Shown here in pieces: positions 27,471 through 41,199 of a stretch of DNA of 64,000 nt. The stretch comes from Octopus vulgaris (Eukaryota). The stretch spans positions 8,990,001-9,054,000 of the forward strand of contig OX597825.1 in the NCBI GenBank assembly GCA_951406725.2. Reading direction: 5' to 3'. A program made the position numbers and the translations under genes. The number at the start of each line of letters is the position of its first letter. Position 1 is the stretch's first letter. The notes beneath the pieces are model-generated. The model was not told where the DNA came from and ran no database searches. It worked only from the letters and a program-made list of their open reading frames with translations.

Positions 27471-29854
27471 TCCAAATAGAGATAATTTGAATATGGTACA
27501 TGGAAGCCAAAACAATCCATTTAACAATACTAACGCTGGGTATGATTAAACAACATGCAGACGCCTATATAATCTGCAGAAAATAAATATATGAATAAAA
27601 TGCAATAAATAGTACGACACGGCACAGACAACATGTTACGGTAGAATAATTTTGATATAATAAAAATAACAAAATTGCAACAAAACATGTTCAAAAAGTC
27701 ATGAACGAACGAAAAAAAAACGATGGGAGGATTTACAATATTGAGACAATAGGAAAAATATCTCACCTCTCTCAATATATACAAACAATTACCATCAGTT
27801 TCAATAACCTGCATGCTACTAAACTGCTCGGAATAATATCCTGAAATAACAATACGGAATATATAAAACAATTGACGGAAATGTTGGCAGATACATTTGT
27901 AAGTAATATGATATTTTATTTTAATTATATTGATCTTTGCATTATATCAATTATGTATTTCTAGCGTTTGTATTGCCGACTGGCAACACAGAGTGAGCAT
28001 TTAGAAAGCAGAAACAAAAGCAACTCTTGACATATTCGTTTTTTTTCGTTTTTTTTTTATATTACATATTGACTCAAAGTACAAATGCAATCAATAATAT
28101 TCAACAGTGGATTACGTGTTAAACCTTACACTAAACATCCTGAAACTTGGGGACATAAAATCACTATTGCTGGAAATGATAAACTATATTCTGACGGCAC
28201 TGTAAATAACAGCCCCAAAATTCTAGATACAAAAACACACTGGTGTAATATATGGGGATTATTCTTGACCCCAGTCGATAGACCTAACTGCAATTTAACA
28301 TTATCATCAGTTCAAATAGATACATTAGGGAAAGTTAGCATTATTAGAACTATATCCTGTCGTGAGTAATAAAGCATGCGTCAAAAACTGAACAGACGAA
28401 ATTAATAAATAAGGGCTTTGTAAATGTACAGAACACAAGAAACTAGTAAATATTCAAATAATAATCCCTGAAATTAGATATAACCCAATCAAAACAACAA
28501 ACATACCAATATCTGCCTTATGCACCAATTAAAACCGTCGCATGCATAGATAAAATGTAATTATGACATAGGTAATAAAAAGCCGAAAGTTTTTCATCAT
28601 CGACTTGCCGTGAATAGACATGAACATTTATAATTCCTTATTGAAATAACCTATTCAGCAGTGACAAGAGCCACAAAGGAACGTGATTACTTCCTCAAGC
28701 TCCTAACTTCTAAAGCCAAGAACACAATCGTAAAAAGAAAGACTGAAAAAAAAAATGTCAGATTCCAGTTTCCTTAATGAGATCGAAAACGAAAAGAAAA
28801 TAAATGAAATAAAAGTACGGAGACAAATACTACAGAAATACAAAATATAAATGAAGTACCCGAAAGAACAAAAAACACCCAAGACTAAAAGATGCTTGCT
28901 ATATCACAAGGATTGTTCTTTGAACGAACAGAACGTCTCCAACCAAATGCGGGTTTTTTCTGTAAGTAGGTAAAAGCATATAAAAAGTCAGAGCAGCTCC
29001 AGAAGCAATTGATGGAGAATATGTTGAGTCAAGAGTATGTATAATGGATGGATCACCACGAGCGATGATATTAAAATGAAAAAGAAAACAAAAAACAACG
29101 CAACAAGAGAACAAAAAACAATAAAGAATATTTTACTAGTAACCGAGATACTACGCAATGTGAACAAAGAGGAAAATTCCGGTTATAATAAAGTTTGAAA
29201 CGTCTTCATGAAATATTCCGCAAAGCACTTACAAAAGAACATACGGGAAGCACAAGAAAACAAAGACTGTCTTAATCTCCGAAGCCAACAAACCATTAAT
29301 CTGCTAAACTGTCCTCTAACAATCATAAAAATATCGAAGCAATAACATCGCAAATAACAAAAGACGATATCGAAAATGTGGGACATAAGCACTTTTTTTC
29401 TATAAAGCAAACTAGAATGTATGGCGTAAAAACTCATATGCATGTAAATAAATGATAATTATCACCGATGTCGCAGTGGAATACAAAATGAGGACGGAAC
29501 AAGGACAGAACGTGTCATAGAAGGGATTACAAACAATTTTCTATAATGTTCGGCATTCTTTGATTTGGGTAACAGTATTTCTCATGAACCCTGAACTAAT
29601 AACAATCCCGTGCCACAAACATAAACCGACTACTTTGCAAAATAATGCAAAACATCACACTTTACATTAATGGATTACAAAGACGCTCTATCTGCACCGA
29701 TATATATTTCTCCACTAGTTTATATACCTACATACATCCATATATACATGGACGTATGTATGTATGCTTCATGCATGTATGTATGTATGATGTATGTATG
29801 TATGTTCGTATGTGGTCCCGTTAAATGTGGTCCAATATGCGTATACATACATAC

Positions 29855-29930
<76 letters not shown>

Positions 29931-30220
29931 TTTTTGTATATGTGAGTGTATGTACATGTGTGTGTGTGTACATAAATGACATCTACGTGTGTATCACGTT
30001 TTTAGGGTTATTGAAGTTATTCTTAAGAGAATTGAAGCAGTTCGTTAAACAAAGCAACAAAACTCTTTGACGAAAGAGAGCTCCCGGTGTTTGTGAGTAT
30101 GTTGGTGTGTTGGTTGACTGTCAATCCGCACACCCACGTGTGCGTATCTATTTCCCTAAAGAATTTCATATGAAGAATCTTTGGAATGTCTTACAAAGCT
30201 TAACAGTACCACTAATACTA

Positions 30221-30590
30221 ATGGCCCAGTGGTTAGGGCAGCAGACTCGCGGTCGTAGGATCGCGGTTTCGATTCCCAGACCGGGCATTGTGAGTGTTTA
30301 TTGAGCGAAAACACCTAACGCTTCACGAGGCTCCTGCAGGGGGCGGTGGTGTACCCTGCTGTACTCTTTCACCACAACTTTCTCTCACTCTTTCTTCCTG
30401 TTTCTGTTGTTCCTGTATTTCAAAGGGCCAGCCTTGTCACACTCTGTGTCACGCTGAATCTCCTCGAGAACTACGTTAAGCGTACACGTGCCTGTGGAGT
30501 GCTCAGCCACTTGCACGTTAATTCCACGAGCAGGCTGTTCCGTTGATCGTATCAGCTGGGACCCTCATCGTCGTAACCGACGGTGTGCTC
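30221..30590 (+). mobile_element. SINE family B
   Basis: TGGCCCAGTGGTTAGGGCAGC (A box) and GGTTTCGATTCCC (B box); body matches the 57529-57893 copy in reverse. Confidence 0.92.
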
Positions 30591-32598
30591 CTTTAATACA
30601 TTTGGTTTGGAGAATCCGAGTGTTTCTTTTGCTCTTTCTTCGGAAACTTTAGTAGTTCTAGATTTGTTTAAATATGTTGCTACGTTGCCTAATGTATCTA
30701 TGATGGTAAGTACAAATTTATATTCTCGGTACAGTAGTTGTAAGTTCTGCATTAAATTATACATGTCTTTTGTACTTTTTATTATACATTCTCATCAACT
30801 GAGTAGCTGAGCTCTACAACCATACATATATATGTACGCGTGTCTGTGTATATTGTGTGTGCATGTGTGTGTGTTTGCGTGTGTGTACACATATGAAAGC
30901 AAATGCACATGTATACATAACGTAGCCTGTAGGACAAGGAGAAAATATTGGTGTCCTGTAACGGTCATTAGTGTGTATAAACATTTCAGTGTTGGCAGGA
31001 ACTGCAGGACTCTTTTGAATACGCAAGCAGCATCGCTTTTGATTTCGTTTTTCAAAAACGGAGATTAAAATTTTGACCTTTAAAAAAATTCCAAAACTTC
31101 AAACGCCCCCGCTCATGCACACAGACAGATTTGTTTTGTTTTTCACTTTTATCAAAAAGTTTATGAAGAATTCCACGTGGGAAAAGGAAATTACCATCTG
31201 AAAATAAAATTTCTTTCAAAATTCCAATTTTGTTAAAAAAAAAAGATATACTCCCATTCTCCCCATTTACTGTCAATTACTTCTCTCACATCGTAAAATT
31301 CCGCGCCTTTTTATATTCGTTAGCTCGTTTTGCATGTGGAAGCTAGACATGCTTGAAATAACAGCTAGCTCTCTAAAAAATTATTCCAAAATTTCAAGTC
31401 TTTAAACCAACTCTTCTCCCAATTATCAGAATAGACATCGCACATGCATCGCTGCCTCTTGAAGAAACATTTTCAAATGGGTCCCTCAACATATTAAAAA
31501 TAGCAGTAAAAGTTTTCATGACTATTTCTTTTCAAAATTTCGTCATAGCAGTGTTTTCAAAGGGTAGGTGTGAGGATTTAGCAAGGCTTCAAGTTACTGT
31601 TTCTCTTTTAGAAAAGGGTATTTAAATCAATGAAACCTACTTGCCTAACACTATATCGATCAAGAAATTCGAGTTTTCAAGTTGTTTCTGGAGAATGTGA
31701 ACTTCATCAGAGCCGTTTGTCTCAAAATGCTGGACATGTATCAGCTCCACTTCATTCTCACTCGCATCATTTAATTATAACTATAGATGTTTCCCTGGAA
31801 TTTTCATCCTCATCTCAGATTCCTCATTTGTATGTTTATATGCCTTACACTTTCTCAGACTTGCTGATATAAGTTCATCGTTTTTCTATATTTTTTAATG
31901 TCTAAATAATTATTTAGAAAAAAAAAAATGTAGATTTTAGTTTCCTTGAAATGTATGTGTATTCATTCTTATATTTCAACTTCTCATAACGTAAAAGGAT
32001 TGAAGTCTTGTATCAACATCAATCTAGAGACAAAGAACGTGGTCATCCAAACATCATCATGAATCACTCTTGAAATTTAGTGAAGAGGTTTTTCCTTTTA
32101 TATGAGCTACATAATTTCCGATGACTGGATGGGTGCGAAGGTGGATCTCTCCATAGAGAACTTCAGTTCTTGGCTCTTTGGGAAGTTCAATGACCTACGT
32201 GATATCAAAATTCCACATAGCACTTTCTTACATTTGCTCAAGATTAATTAAGATGTGGTGGATAATGGAATGGCGTTGAAGCACTCGTATATGGCAGAGA
32301 TGCAATCCATCGTTGAAAGATTTAAACAACAATCATTTACCTTCCTCTCAGCATTTTCCATCGATAGCTGAGATGACGTTTAGGCACACAGAAGTATGAG
32401 ATCATCTAGGAATTGTAACTATAAAGCATTTTCATCATTTGTAGTTGCATTTAAATAAACAGAAACATTTTCAGACCAGAGCAGAGATGATGGGGAGTAT
32501 CTAGTATAGAGGTTTAAATTAGGTTTAACTTCCCACATAAAAGCTCGTAAAGTTATCACCACTATTGAATAAGGTTTCAGAGTGTGCACCTACTACGC

Positions 32599-32737
32599 GT
32601 ATTTAACCTTGGATGGAGCTTACCACCCGCTTTGGGCTGCGTTCCCGAGCAACCCGACTCTCGGGCCGATGAACACCGCCGATCTCCGCCGGCTTCGAAT
32701 GGGCCTGACACCCGCTCTGGGCAGCCCTGATCGAGGA
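32599..32737 (-). pseudogene. 28S rRNA fragment (5' D1 region), dispersed pseudogene
   Basis: Minus strand GAGTCGGGTTGCTCGGGAACGCAGCCCAAAGCGGGTGGTAAGCTCCATCCAAGGTTAAATAC matches the conserved eukaryotic LSU motif; GC-rich island in AT-rich context. Confidence 0.93.
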
Positions 32738-33028
32738 TGAATGGCAAATCTACCTCGGCGGAATTTGAACTCAGAACGTAGAGGCAGACGAAATACCTAT
32801 TTCTTTACTACCCACAAGGGGCAAAACACAGAGAGGACAAACAAGGACAGACAAACGGATTAAGTCAATTATATTTCGACCCCAGTGCGTAACTGGTACT
32901 TAATTTATCGACCCCGAAAGGTTGAAAGGCAAAGTCGACCTCGGCGGAATTTGAACTCAGAACATTACGGCAGACGCAATACCGCTAAGTATTTTGCCCG
33001 GCGAACGATTTTTCGAACTCGCTGACTT
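32734..33028 (-). mobile_element. SINE family C: full copy (32798-33028) followed head-to-tail by a partial copy (32734-32797)
   Basis: Reverse complement of the 39530-39760 copy; the segment GGTATTTCGTCTGCC..GTTCAAATTCCGCCGAGGT recurs. Confidence 0.9.
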
Positions 33029-34535
33029 AAGGCATACTACATAACCTAAGATTCACTCCAATATATACGGAGTTTCAATTATTTTGATATGTAGTATCGT
33101 AACTCCAATTTCTTTCACATAACCATTAAACCACTTTTATTTGTGAATCTCTGTACTTTTGTCCGTATGTTTCTTCCCAACGATGATAAATTATTCATAC
33201 CAAAACTCTTTAATTTTGTTTTGGTTTTGATGTTGTTTTGTTTTTTTCATGTTGGAAGTTTCATATTAATTTGTCAAGATCTCGGTCTGTAATAGTATTT
33301 CTGGTATCCTTCGCTCCCACTGAGTGCTCGATCCGTTTTTTTTACAATTATTTATTTCCACAGACTGAATATTTTCTCTGCGAAAAAGTGTATACAATTT
33401 ATAGCTTGTGTCACCCACTTTGAATATTGAAGAATTCAGTGAATTTATAGGCATTTCTACATTCTCAATTTTATTGCCAAAATTCAAATTTACTGATAGG
33501 GTCTTTATATATTTTAAATGAACATCTTTAAATATATTTTGTTTTATAAGATTTTGTACATTATCAGTATCCAGTATATTAGCACTCATATTTGCTTTAG
33601 TTTTATAAATTATTACATGAAGAACGAAACGTCAATGTTCTATTTCCCTGGTATTCATCGGTCTCAGTAGACATAGTATTTCGTATTAACGTATTTCCTT
33701 CAATGCAATATATGTAAATGGTGAGAGCAATTTATTTATTTGATATTTCAATTGGGAATAGCGCTTTTTTAAAACATGTCATCAGTCCCCTGATCCCCGC
33801 CCCACACCCGTACCCATATAAGGAACAAATGTTTAGATGATTCCCGTGTGTACTGCAGAAGGTTTTGTCAAACTATTTTCATTATATCTACAAGATTTTT
33901 AGCTGCTGAGATGCATATATGCGGAGAATAGTGAGAAAGTCTTCAATATCTTTCCTTAGATACAGCATCTTAGTCCGAACAATCTGAGATTTTCTGCTTC
34001 TCTTTACAACTAATCTCTTTGAAACCCACAAACATTAGAAAACAAAGATGCGCTGCATTATTTACCATAGCATTTTTCTGGCATTTAGCTATGACATGGT
34101 AAACTATTTTCACTCTTCCACGAAAAGAGCTGAAGAATTCGTAGTGTAGCTGTTTGATTTTGAACTAAAATAAAACATAGAAGAGAGTATGTTTTATTGT
34201 TTTTATTCTATGACATTGGGTGGATTCGATCTTTTGTTTAGTAGTGTGGGATTATGTTACAAACGTTAAGGTTTCTAAATATAAATGTACGTCTATATTA
34301 TACTAGAAACTTCACTGAAAGTGCATGTATAGCTCTTTAATATTTTCTTACATGTAAATCCAGAGCATAATAATACCTATCTTTTACAAACACGCAGATA
34401 CACACAGACACACGCACACATATATACATGCATACACACAGACATACTCACAAACGCACACTTCACATACAAAAAAAGAATAATATATATATATATATGT
34501 GGTGTATGTATATATATATGTGTGTGTGTGTGTGA

Positions 34536-34572
<37 letters not shown>

Positions 34573-35183
34573 TATAATTACAAAAAAGGAAACCGACCGA
34601 GAATACGCTCACATTGACGCCATAGAGATTAGACCCATTAAGAACAAAATATTCTCTCTTAAACAGATTTTACAGGCAAACGGGAGAGCTGACGTGCTTT
34701 TGAATACCATTAATAGCCACCTTGCATCCCCTAAATATTCTTCAGAACAGAAAGCGAAGTAAAATATCAATAACGACTAGATAACCCGTACAAAGGGCTA
34801 CATCTTTTTAGCGCTAAAGGAAATTTCGTTTCTGCAAATAAGCTATTTCGATTTATAATACAAAACTTGAGTGTACTGCAAACTACAAATTACATTAAAG
34901 GGCTCATAGAAATATCAACAAAGAGAATACCTGCTGTTTTGAAATTGACGATAAACAAAAAGTCATTATGTACCTTCACACGAGGAAATAAGAATAACTA
35001 AATCGGTGTAGGTGCATATATTTTGCATTTAACTCCAAGTATATAGGATATATCTCAGTTTCAGAAGTCCTTATCATTAACACTTTATACAAACACAGAA
35101 CCGTCTCATCAACTCTATAATAAACAGTCACGGCTTTATAAATCATATAGTTTTGCATCGTTACTAAAACTGTGAATCATTTT

Positions 35184-35285
<102 letters not shown>

Positions 35286-35320
35286 GTATACATGTATATG
35301 TATATATATAAATATGTATG

Positions 35321-35431
<111 letters not shown>

Positions 35432-36690
35432 ATAGCTTTCCAATTTCAAACGTTATTCGCAAGACTTTCTTTAGCTTCATATGTCCATTGTGATTGAAAT
35501 TTACCGAGCGTTTTAAATACCAAACAATGCATGAACATCGGAGTTTGATTAAATATTTCAACCGTAGTTGTGTTGATAAATTTAGAATGTTACGGACTAT
35601 AATATGTATTCACCGGAGATAAGATGTGGCTACCATTATTGAATATTATTAAATCATTTTTGGCAGTAGCCTAGAAATGTGGTCCGTCTTAGAAGTCCAG
35701 CGTATTTAAATTTCTCCGGAAATAGCACTGTTGATTGTGATTTCTCAGATTCCGTTCTGAGATTAATAGTACATCAACAGAGATATACCAATATTAATCC
35801 ATTCACTTATTGTAGTTTACATTATGTACACACACACACACACACACATATGTATATATATATTTATGTATATGACATTAAATCAGAAATACTTTAATAG
35901 AAATATTTCAAACAGGCCAGTACACATTAACGTTAAAGAAAAATGATCGCAAAAGAAAATACTTAAGTTATTAATACGCTAATAATACGAGTGATATACA
36001 CCTCATCAGGATTCGTGTGACCAGTATTGTGTAATTCTAAGATATGTTATCAACACTTTGATTATGCTATAGAATAAGTTAAGCTATAAAATATAACCAT
36101 TTGAATGCATCTCTTATCTAATCTGCTTGATTGCTAAGTTTGCTAAGTTAGGCAACGGAATGAACGACCAAAGTTTTACATGAGATAACAAAATGACAAT
36201 CGTAATTTTGAACTACAGTCAATAGATATAAAGAAAATATATTTTCCACTGTAGGTTTAAGGCCGGAACATGTATGTAAGATGGAGAAGCGTTAGTTGTT
36301 TTTAAACGAACTTTGTAACAGAATATTTTCACGAATCTGCAACCACAAGAATAAACATTTGCAACATAAAAGTATCAGCAATATATGCTTTCATGTTAAA
36401 TAATGCTGAAATAATAGACAACAAGAATTAATTTTAAAAGGACAAATTATTTATTTAATCAGCTAATATTTTGCAAATATATTGTATCACAGATCATAAG
36501 GTAATTGAGATTGGGAACATATTTAAACAAAATATTTTTATTTCAAATAATAATGCAATGAGATGAAAGCTACCCAAACAAAGCTATGACATTCGCAAGT
36601 AAAGAGTAGCATTGTTTTAAGTACAGAAATATTTTTGCAGCTGAAATAAGGTTCAGGTTCACATCAGAAATTTGGTAACACAAATTCATA

Positions 36691-36728
<38 letters not shown>

Positions 36729-36759
36729 AGTATATAAAGTATATATACATATACATATA

Positions 36760-37299
36760 GTGATGACGACGTTATGCTACTATTCAAATTCCGACACGGC
36801 CTCATACTGAACACGGAGGCTTACATTGAGTGGCTGAAGGAATTAGCGCTGCTAAGCGTCAAGAGGGTCGCTGCTGGAATACCCTATATCTGACAACAGG
36901 ATTGTGCACTGTGCCACACAAGCAGGAGAAACCAGTCATGGTTGTTAAACAATTTCTGCAACCACATCACCCCCTAACATCTGGCCACCTAATCTCCCCA
37001 GACTGCAACACACTTGATTAATATGAATGGGCCGTAGTTGGTCGAGAGACCAACAAGATTCTTTGTAGCACCAAAGAATAACTGAAGGCAAGGATTATGG
37101 CAGCATTCATCAATTTAAACAAGTAGACTGTCCTGAAGAGTTCCAGGAGATTCCCAAAACGTATGGAGGACGTGGTTGAACGCAATGGTGATTATACTTT
37201 AGTATTTCAAGCTATTTTTATGTAAGTCTGGTAAATATATCTGTTAAAATGAGATGTCAGTGTTATCATTTTTGACCAATTTAGACGGCAACTTATTTA

Positions 37300-37302
<3 letters not shown>
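36760..37302 (+). mobile_element. Tc1/mariner-superfamily transposase 3' remnant (possibly DD37D/maT-like)
   Basis: Frame-shifted translation QQDCALCHTSRRNQSWL, IWPPN, SPDCNTLD*YEWAVVGRETNK, LKARIMAAF, MEDVVERNGDY. Confidence 0.85.
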
Positions 37303-37369
<67 letters not shown>

Positions 37370-37801
37370 GTGTGCGCGCGCTCCAGTATGGACTTTGTTA
37401 AATAACTGAAACAAGTAAAAGAATAAAAATTATACATATAAACTATATATATATACATGTGTATGTGTGTATACATACATGTATATAAGTATGTATGTAT
37501 CGATCTAGCTATGCATCTATCTATTATGTATGTACGTATGTATATCTTAACGACAACTTTTACAACACCGTTATTCATCCATGCACTCAAAGAGCAAAAA
37601 TGTGCATCTCGTACACTAACATAGACGGCATCCGTTCACAGGAAATGAAGGCTATTTATATGAAGTGTATGGAAAACCAAACCTGCATTCATTTAACATT
37701 TTACCATATATTTTGTCTTTACAAACATTGCTAATTTACTATGAAACATGAGGTTGTATTTTTTCAAACTAATGTGATGCAGAACGAGAAATTCAAAAAT
37801 T

Positions 37802-38182
37802 AAAGGAAAACAATTGAATATAAGGGCTGAGATACTAACGGGTTAAAATATTGGTAGAAAGCAATATTAAATACGAAAAATAGGGTTAAAATATATTAAG
37901 CGTAGCCTGTTTAAGAAATACTTTGTCCATATATCGTCTAAACTAGAGGAAATCTAAATAAGAGTGGACTGTTTATGCGCATTGTTGAAATCGGTGAATA
38001 TAAGAAAAACAATTGAACATAGAGGCTGAGAGACCAACGGATTATAACATTGGTAGAACCTAATATTAAAGGCAAAATATAATGTGAAAATGTAATAAAC
38101 ATGGCCTGTTTTGGAATTACGTTGCGCTTATATCTTCAATATGGAAAGAAAACTCGAGAAAATCTAAAGAATTGTGGACTGA
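37802..38182 (+). repeat. Old tandem duplication, ~200-bp unit x2
   Basis: AAAACAATTGAA..GGCTGAGA..AACGG..ATTGGTAGAA..AATATTAAA..GCCTGTTT..AAATCTAAA..GTGGACTG occurs twice, 200 bp apart. Confidence 0.85.
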
Positions 38183-39454
38183 GAATTCTGCAAATCAGGA
38201 AATATGTAAACAGATTTTTAATGGCTGACAAAAGACTACTTTCAGGTTTTCTTCCGGAAATTGGTTTTGAATTCAGAGCCTACCACAAAAGACGAGAGAA
38301 TTCTAATGAAAAAAGACAGGACAAAAGTTAAAAAAAAAACAAAAACATATACCAACATGCAGTTATGTTATAGCCTGACAATTTCTCCAATATCCAATAG
38401 AGAAGTGGATACGTAGATATGGTTCGATATAAGTCATGAAGTGGCATTTTAACAATAAAAGCTTAAATATAGAATATTTCACTCGGATGAAAATATGTAG
38501 TGCTCAGGGATTCAGTAAATGTTAAGGGATATCTGCACGTTAGATGATAGTATGTCAATGATGTTATAATCCAGAAAATATTTCCGTTAAGAAATCTCAG
38601 TAACAATACTTTTTTGTCATATCTCTTCAGCGAGAATTTTCACTGTTGTAAATTCCGTAAGCTCCATCACGAATTGGGATTCAATGGCAAGCGCCAGCCA
38701 AATGAATCTTGGAAAAGTATTTTGTACCTGCCAGCTTGCACCATATCGTATCAAAACGTAAGGTAGAGAAAGAGCCAGAAAACGTATTTGTGTGCACATA
38801 TATGTAAATCGCTATTGGACATGCGCAATACGAACAAGGGTGAAGCCTACTCAACCATTCATTACTTAACTCTTTTCATTAAGAGATTATTTTGTAGTTC
38901 TTTTCCTTTCGCTATAAGGAGACATTTACGTATAGGAAGCTGCTTGAAATTAACAATAATCTATGAAGCAATCAACGCTTTATATGCGATGACTAGTTAA
39001 CGTTATGTTATATCTTAGCAAAATCATTCATATGATGCTGTAAATATCTGCAGCAATCAGAGATAATTACAGAAAATATATCCCAGCATCTTGATTACCA
39101 AACAATCGACTCTTTGATGTTGGCATTTCAAGAATATTAATTTCATACAGATGTTCCCTCCAAAAATAATGACGACATAGCCAGAGTCGGTTTACTTCTG
39201 CACAGCATTGCTTAAGGGAGATCGGTGTGTTGCCATCACAACCCCTAGCATTAAACCAATGCATGAAATCTGATCACTACCTGCATTAGCTTCAATTTCG
39301 TGTAATGTATCTAATGGGTCTTCTTATAGATACTGCATATCTCACTAACTGGTAGCTTATTTCCCGTACTCTAGGGAGACCCACAAGACATATGTATGGT
39401 GTTTTATGAGGACAATTGGCGGCAAATTATTCGAGACTTTTTTTAGTATATTAC

Positions 39455-39504
<50 letters not shown>

Positions 39505-39529
39505 GTCGAAGCCAAACTAGATTCATTAA

Positions 39530-39760
39530 GGCGGCGAGATGGCAGAATCGTTAGCACGTCGAGCGAAATGCTTAGCGGTATTTCGTCTGCCGTTACGTTC
39601 TGAGTTCAAATTCCGCCGAGGTCGACTTTGTCTTTCATCCTTTCGGGGTCGATAAATTAAGTACCAGTTACGCACTGGGGTCGATGTAATCGACTTAATC
39701 CGTTTGTCCGTCCTTGTTTGTCCCCTCTATGTTTAGCCCTCGTAGGCAATAAAGAAATAA
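39530..39760 (+). mobile_element. SINE family C
   Basis: A-box-like TGGCAGAATCG, B box GAGTTCAAATTCC, core GAGGTCGACTTTGYCTTTCATCCTTTCGGGGTCGATAAA (from memory, similar to the MetaSINE/MESC-type core). Confidence 0.92.
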
Positions 39761-39831
39761 ACAAGACATATGTATGATGTTTTATGAGGACACTTGGCGG
39801 CAAATTATTCGAGAATTTTTTAGTATATTAC

Positions 39832-39887
<56 letters not shown>

Positions 39888-39912
39888 GTCGAAGCCAAAC
39901 TAGATTCATTAA

Positions 39913-40151
39913 GGCGGCGAGATGGCAGAATCGTTAGCACGTCGAGCGAAATGCTTAGCAGCATTTCGTCTGCCGTTACGTTCTGATTTCAAATTCCGCC
40001 GAGGTCGACTTTGCCTTTCATCCTTTCGGGGTCGATAAAGTAAGAAGTAAGTACCAGTTACGCACTGAGGTCGATGTAATCGAATTAATCCGTTTGTCTG
40101 TCCTTGTTTGTCCCCTCTATGTTTAGCCTCTTGTATGCAATAAACAAATAA
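39913..40151 (+). mobile_element. SINE family C, second tandem copy
   Basis: Near-identical to 39530-39760 with a small insertion and several substitutions. Confidence 0.92.
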
Positions 40152-40216
40152 ACAAGACATATGTATGATGTTTTATAGGACACTTGGCGGCAAATTTTTC
40201 GAGAATTTTTTTAGTA

Positions 40217-40250
<34 letters not shown>

Positions 40251-40289
40251 GTTATTATTATGAGTCGAAGCCAAAGTACATTCATTAAC

Positions 40290-40850
40290 CGTTTGGAATT
40301 ACTGAGCATAGGTGTCACAAACCGGTAGTACTGTTTAATAAACGAGGATGTGTTCTAATACTTTAGATGGAGGCGCAGACGTTGGCAGTCCATCACTTGG
40401 TTGCTTATGTATGAGGCCATTTTAAGTAGATTATCCTTTTGTCGCCAACATATCAAATAGCCATAAAACGTACGCTTTCTCTCGGTCATTCATGATATTG
40501 TATTATCGATTCCGATAGCATCTGTTTGAAGCAATAAAACGTGTCCTTTCCGCAATAACCAGCTTCTTCTCTCGTCTCATTGACGATATTAATAGTCATT
40601 CGCTCCCATATTTTGGCATACATCATTAGACAGACAACATTTTTATATCTTTATTGTGAAATCGTTATTGGTTGAGGCCAAGATGGGTTATGAACTTTTT
40701 TTCTTCTCAATAGAGTCCTGCAATACTTTTCCAAATACTTGGTTGAGATACTTCCCGTGTATCTTAAACAAGGTCCAGTAAGATCTGGATCGAAGAGTAC
40801 TGATGCTCCAAAACCAGTTGTCAGGGAAATTCTTATGTACTTAATTAGAG
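40290..40850 (-). mobile_element. Very decayed LINE RT remnant (RTE/CR1-like), perhaps continuing at ~39060-39380
   Basis: Minus-strand AKIWERMTINIVNETREEAGY..FYCFKQML resembles K..ERI......EEQAGF..IF.LKQ. Confidence 0.3.
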
Positions 40851-41199
40851 GATAGAAATTTCACATTACTAAAAAGACAGCCATGTAAATTAGTCTTCAC
40901 CAGACAAAATAATGAAACTACAGTCGTTCCAATAAGGAGCTAAAATCATATTAAGCAAAAGTCATTTAAATGTATACTTTTGTGTATATACGTACAGCTG
41001 TGTATATGATCACGGTAAATAAAAGAATGAATATGTGTCGTGAGCCACACCGTACCGCAAACAAACAAATGCAATGCAATTTCCCACAAACAAACAAAAA
41101 TGAAGCTAATTAGTCGCTCAGTTATTACACATAATGAAACATTATGCCGGGGGAAATAGCTACCAGAAAAATTGAGCTGATTTTCGATCTATCAAGCTA

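Larger units (their letters stand above)
39383..40288 (+). repeat. Flank-SINE-flank-SINE-flank array; ~140-bp flank x3 containing (TTA)n
   Basis: ACAAGACATATGTATG...AGTCGAAGCCAAA..TTCATTAA at 39383, 39761 and 40152. Confidence 0.95.

Noticed and set aside
28000-29650. A-rich segment resembling a decayed L1-type ORF2
   Set aside because: Only vague motif echoes (PKVFHHRL, GSPRAM); not enough to call without alignment.
30221-30295. Functional tRNA genes at SINE heads (also 57820-57893 and 56234-56320)
   Set aside because: A and B boxes are present but acceptor stems do not close and the sequence continues into SINE bodies.
31675-31715. Minus-strand CTGATGA...GAAAC hammerhead candidate
   Set aside because: No convincing stem II or stem I and no properly placed cleavage triplet; likely chance.
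32599-32737. Functional rDNA unit
   Set aside because: Only ~140 bp, with no adjoining ITS or further 28S sequence.
39383-40288. CRISPR-like repeat-spacer appearance
   Set aside because: Repeats are ~140 bp, the two spacers are the same SINE, there are no cas genes, and the context is eukaryotic.
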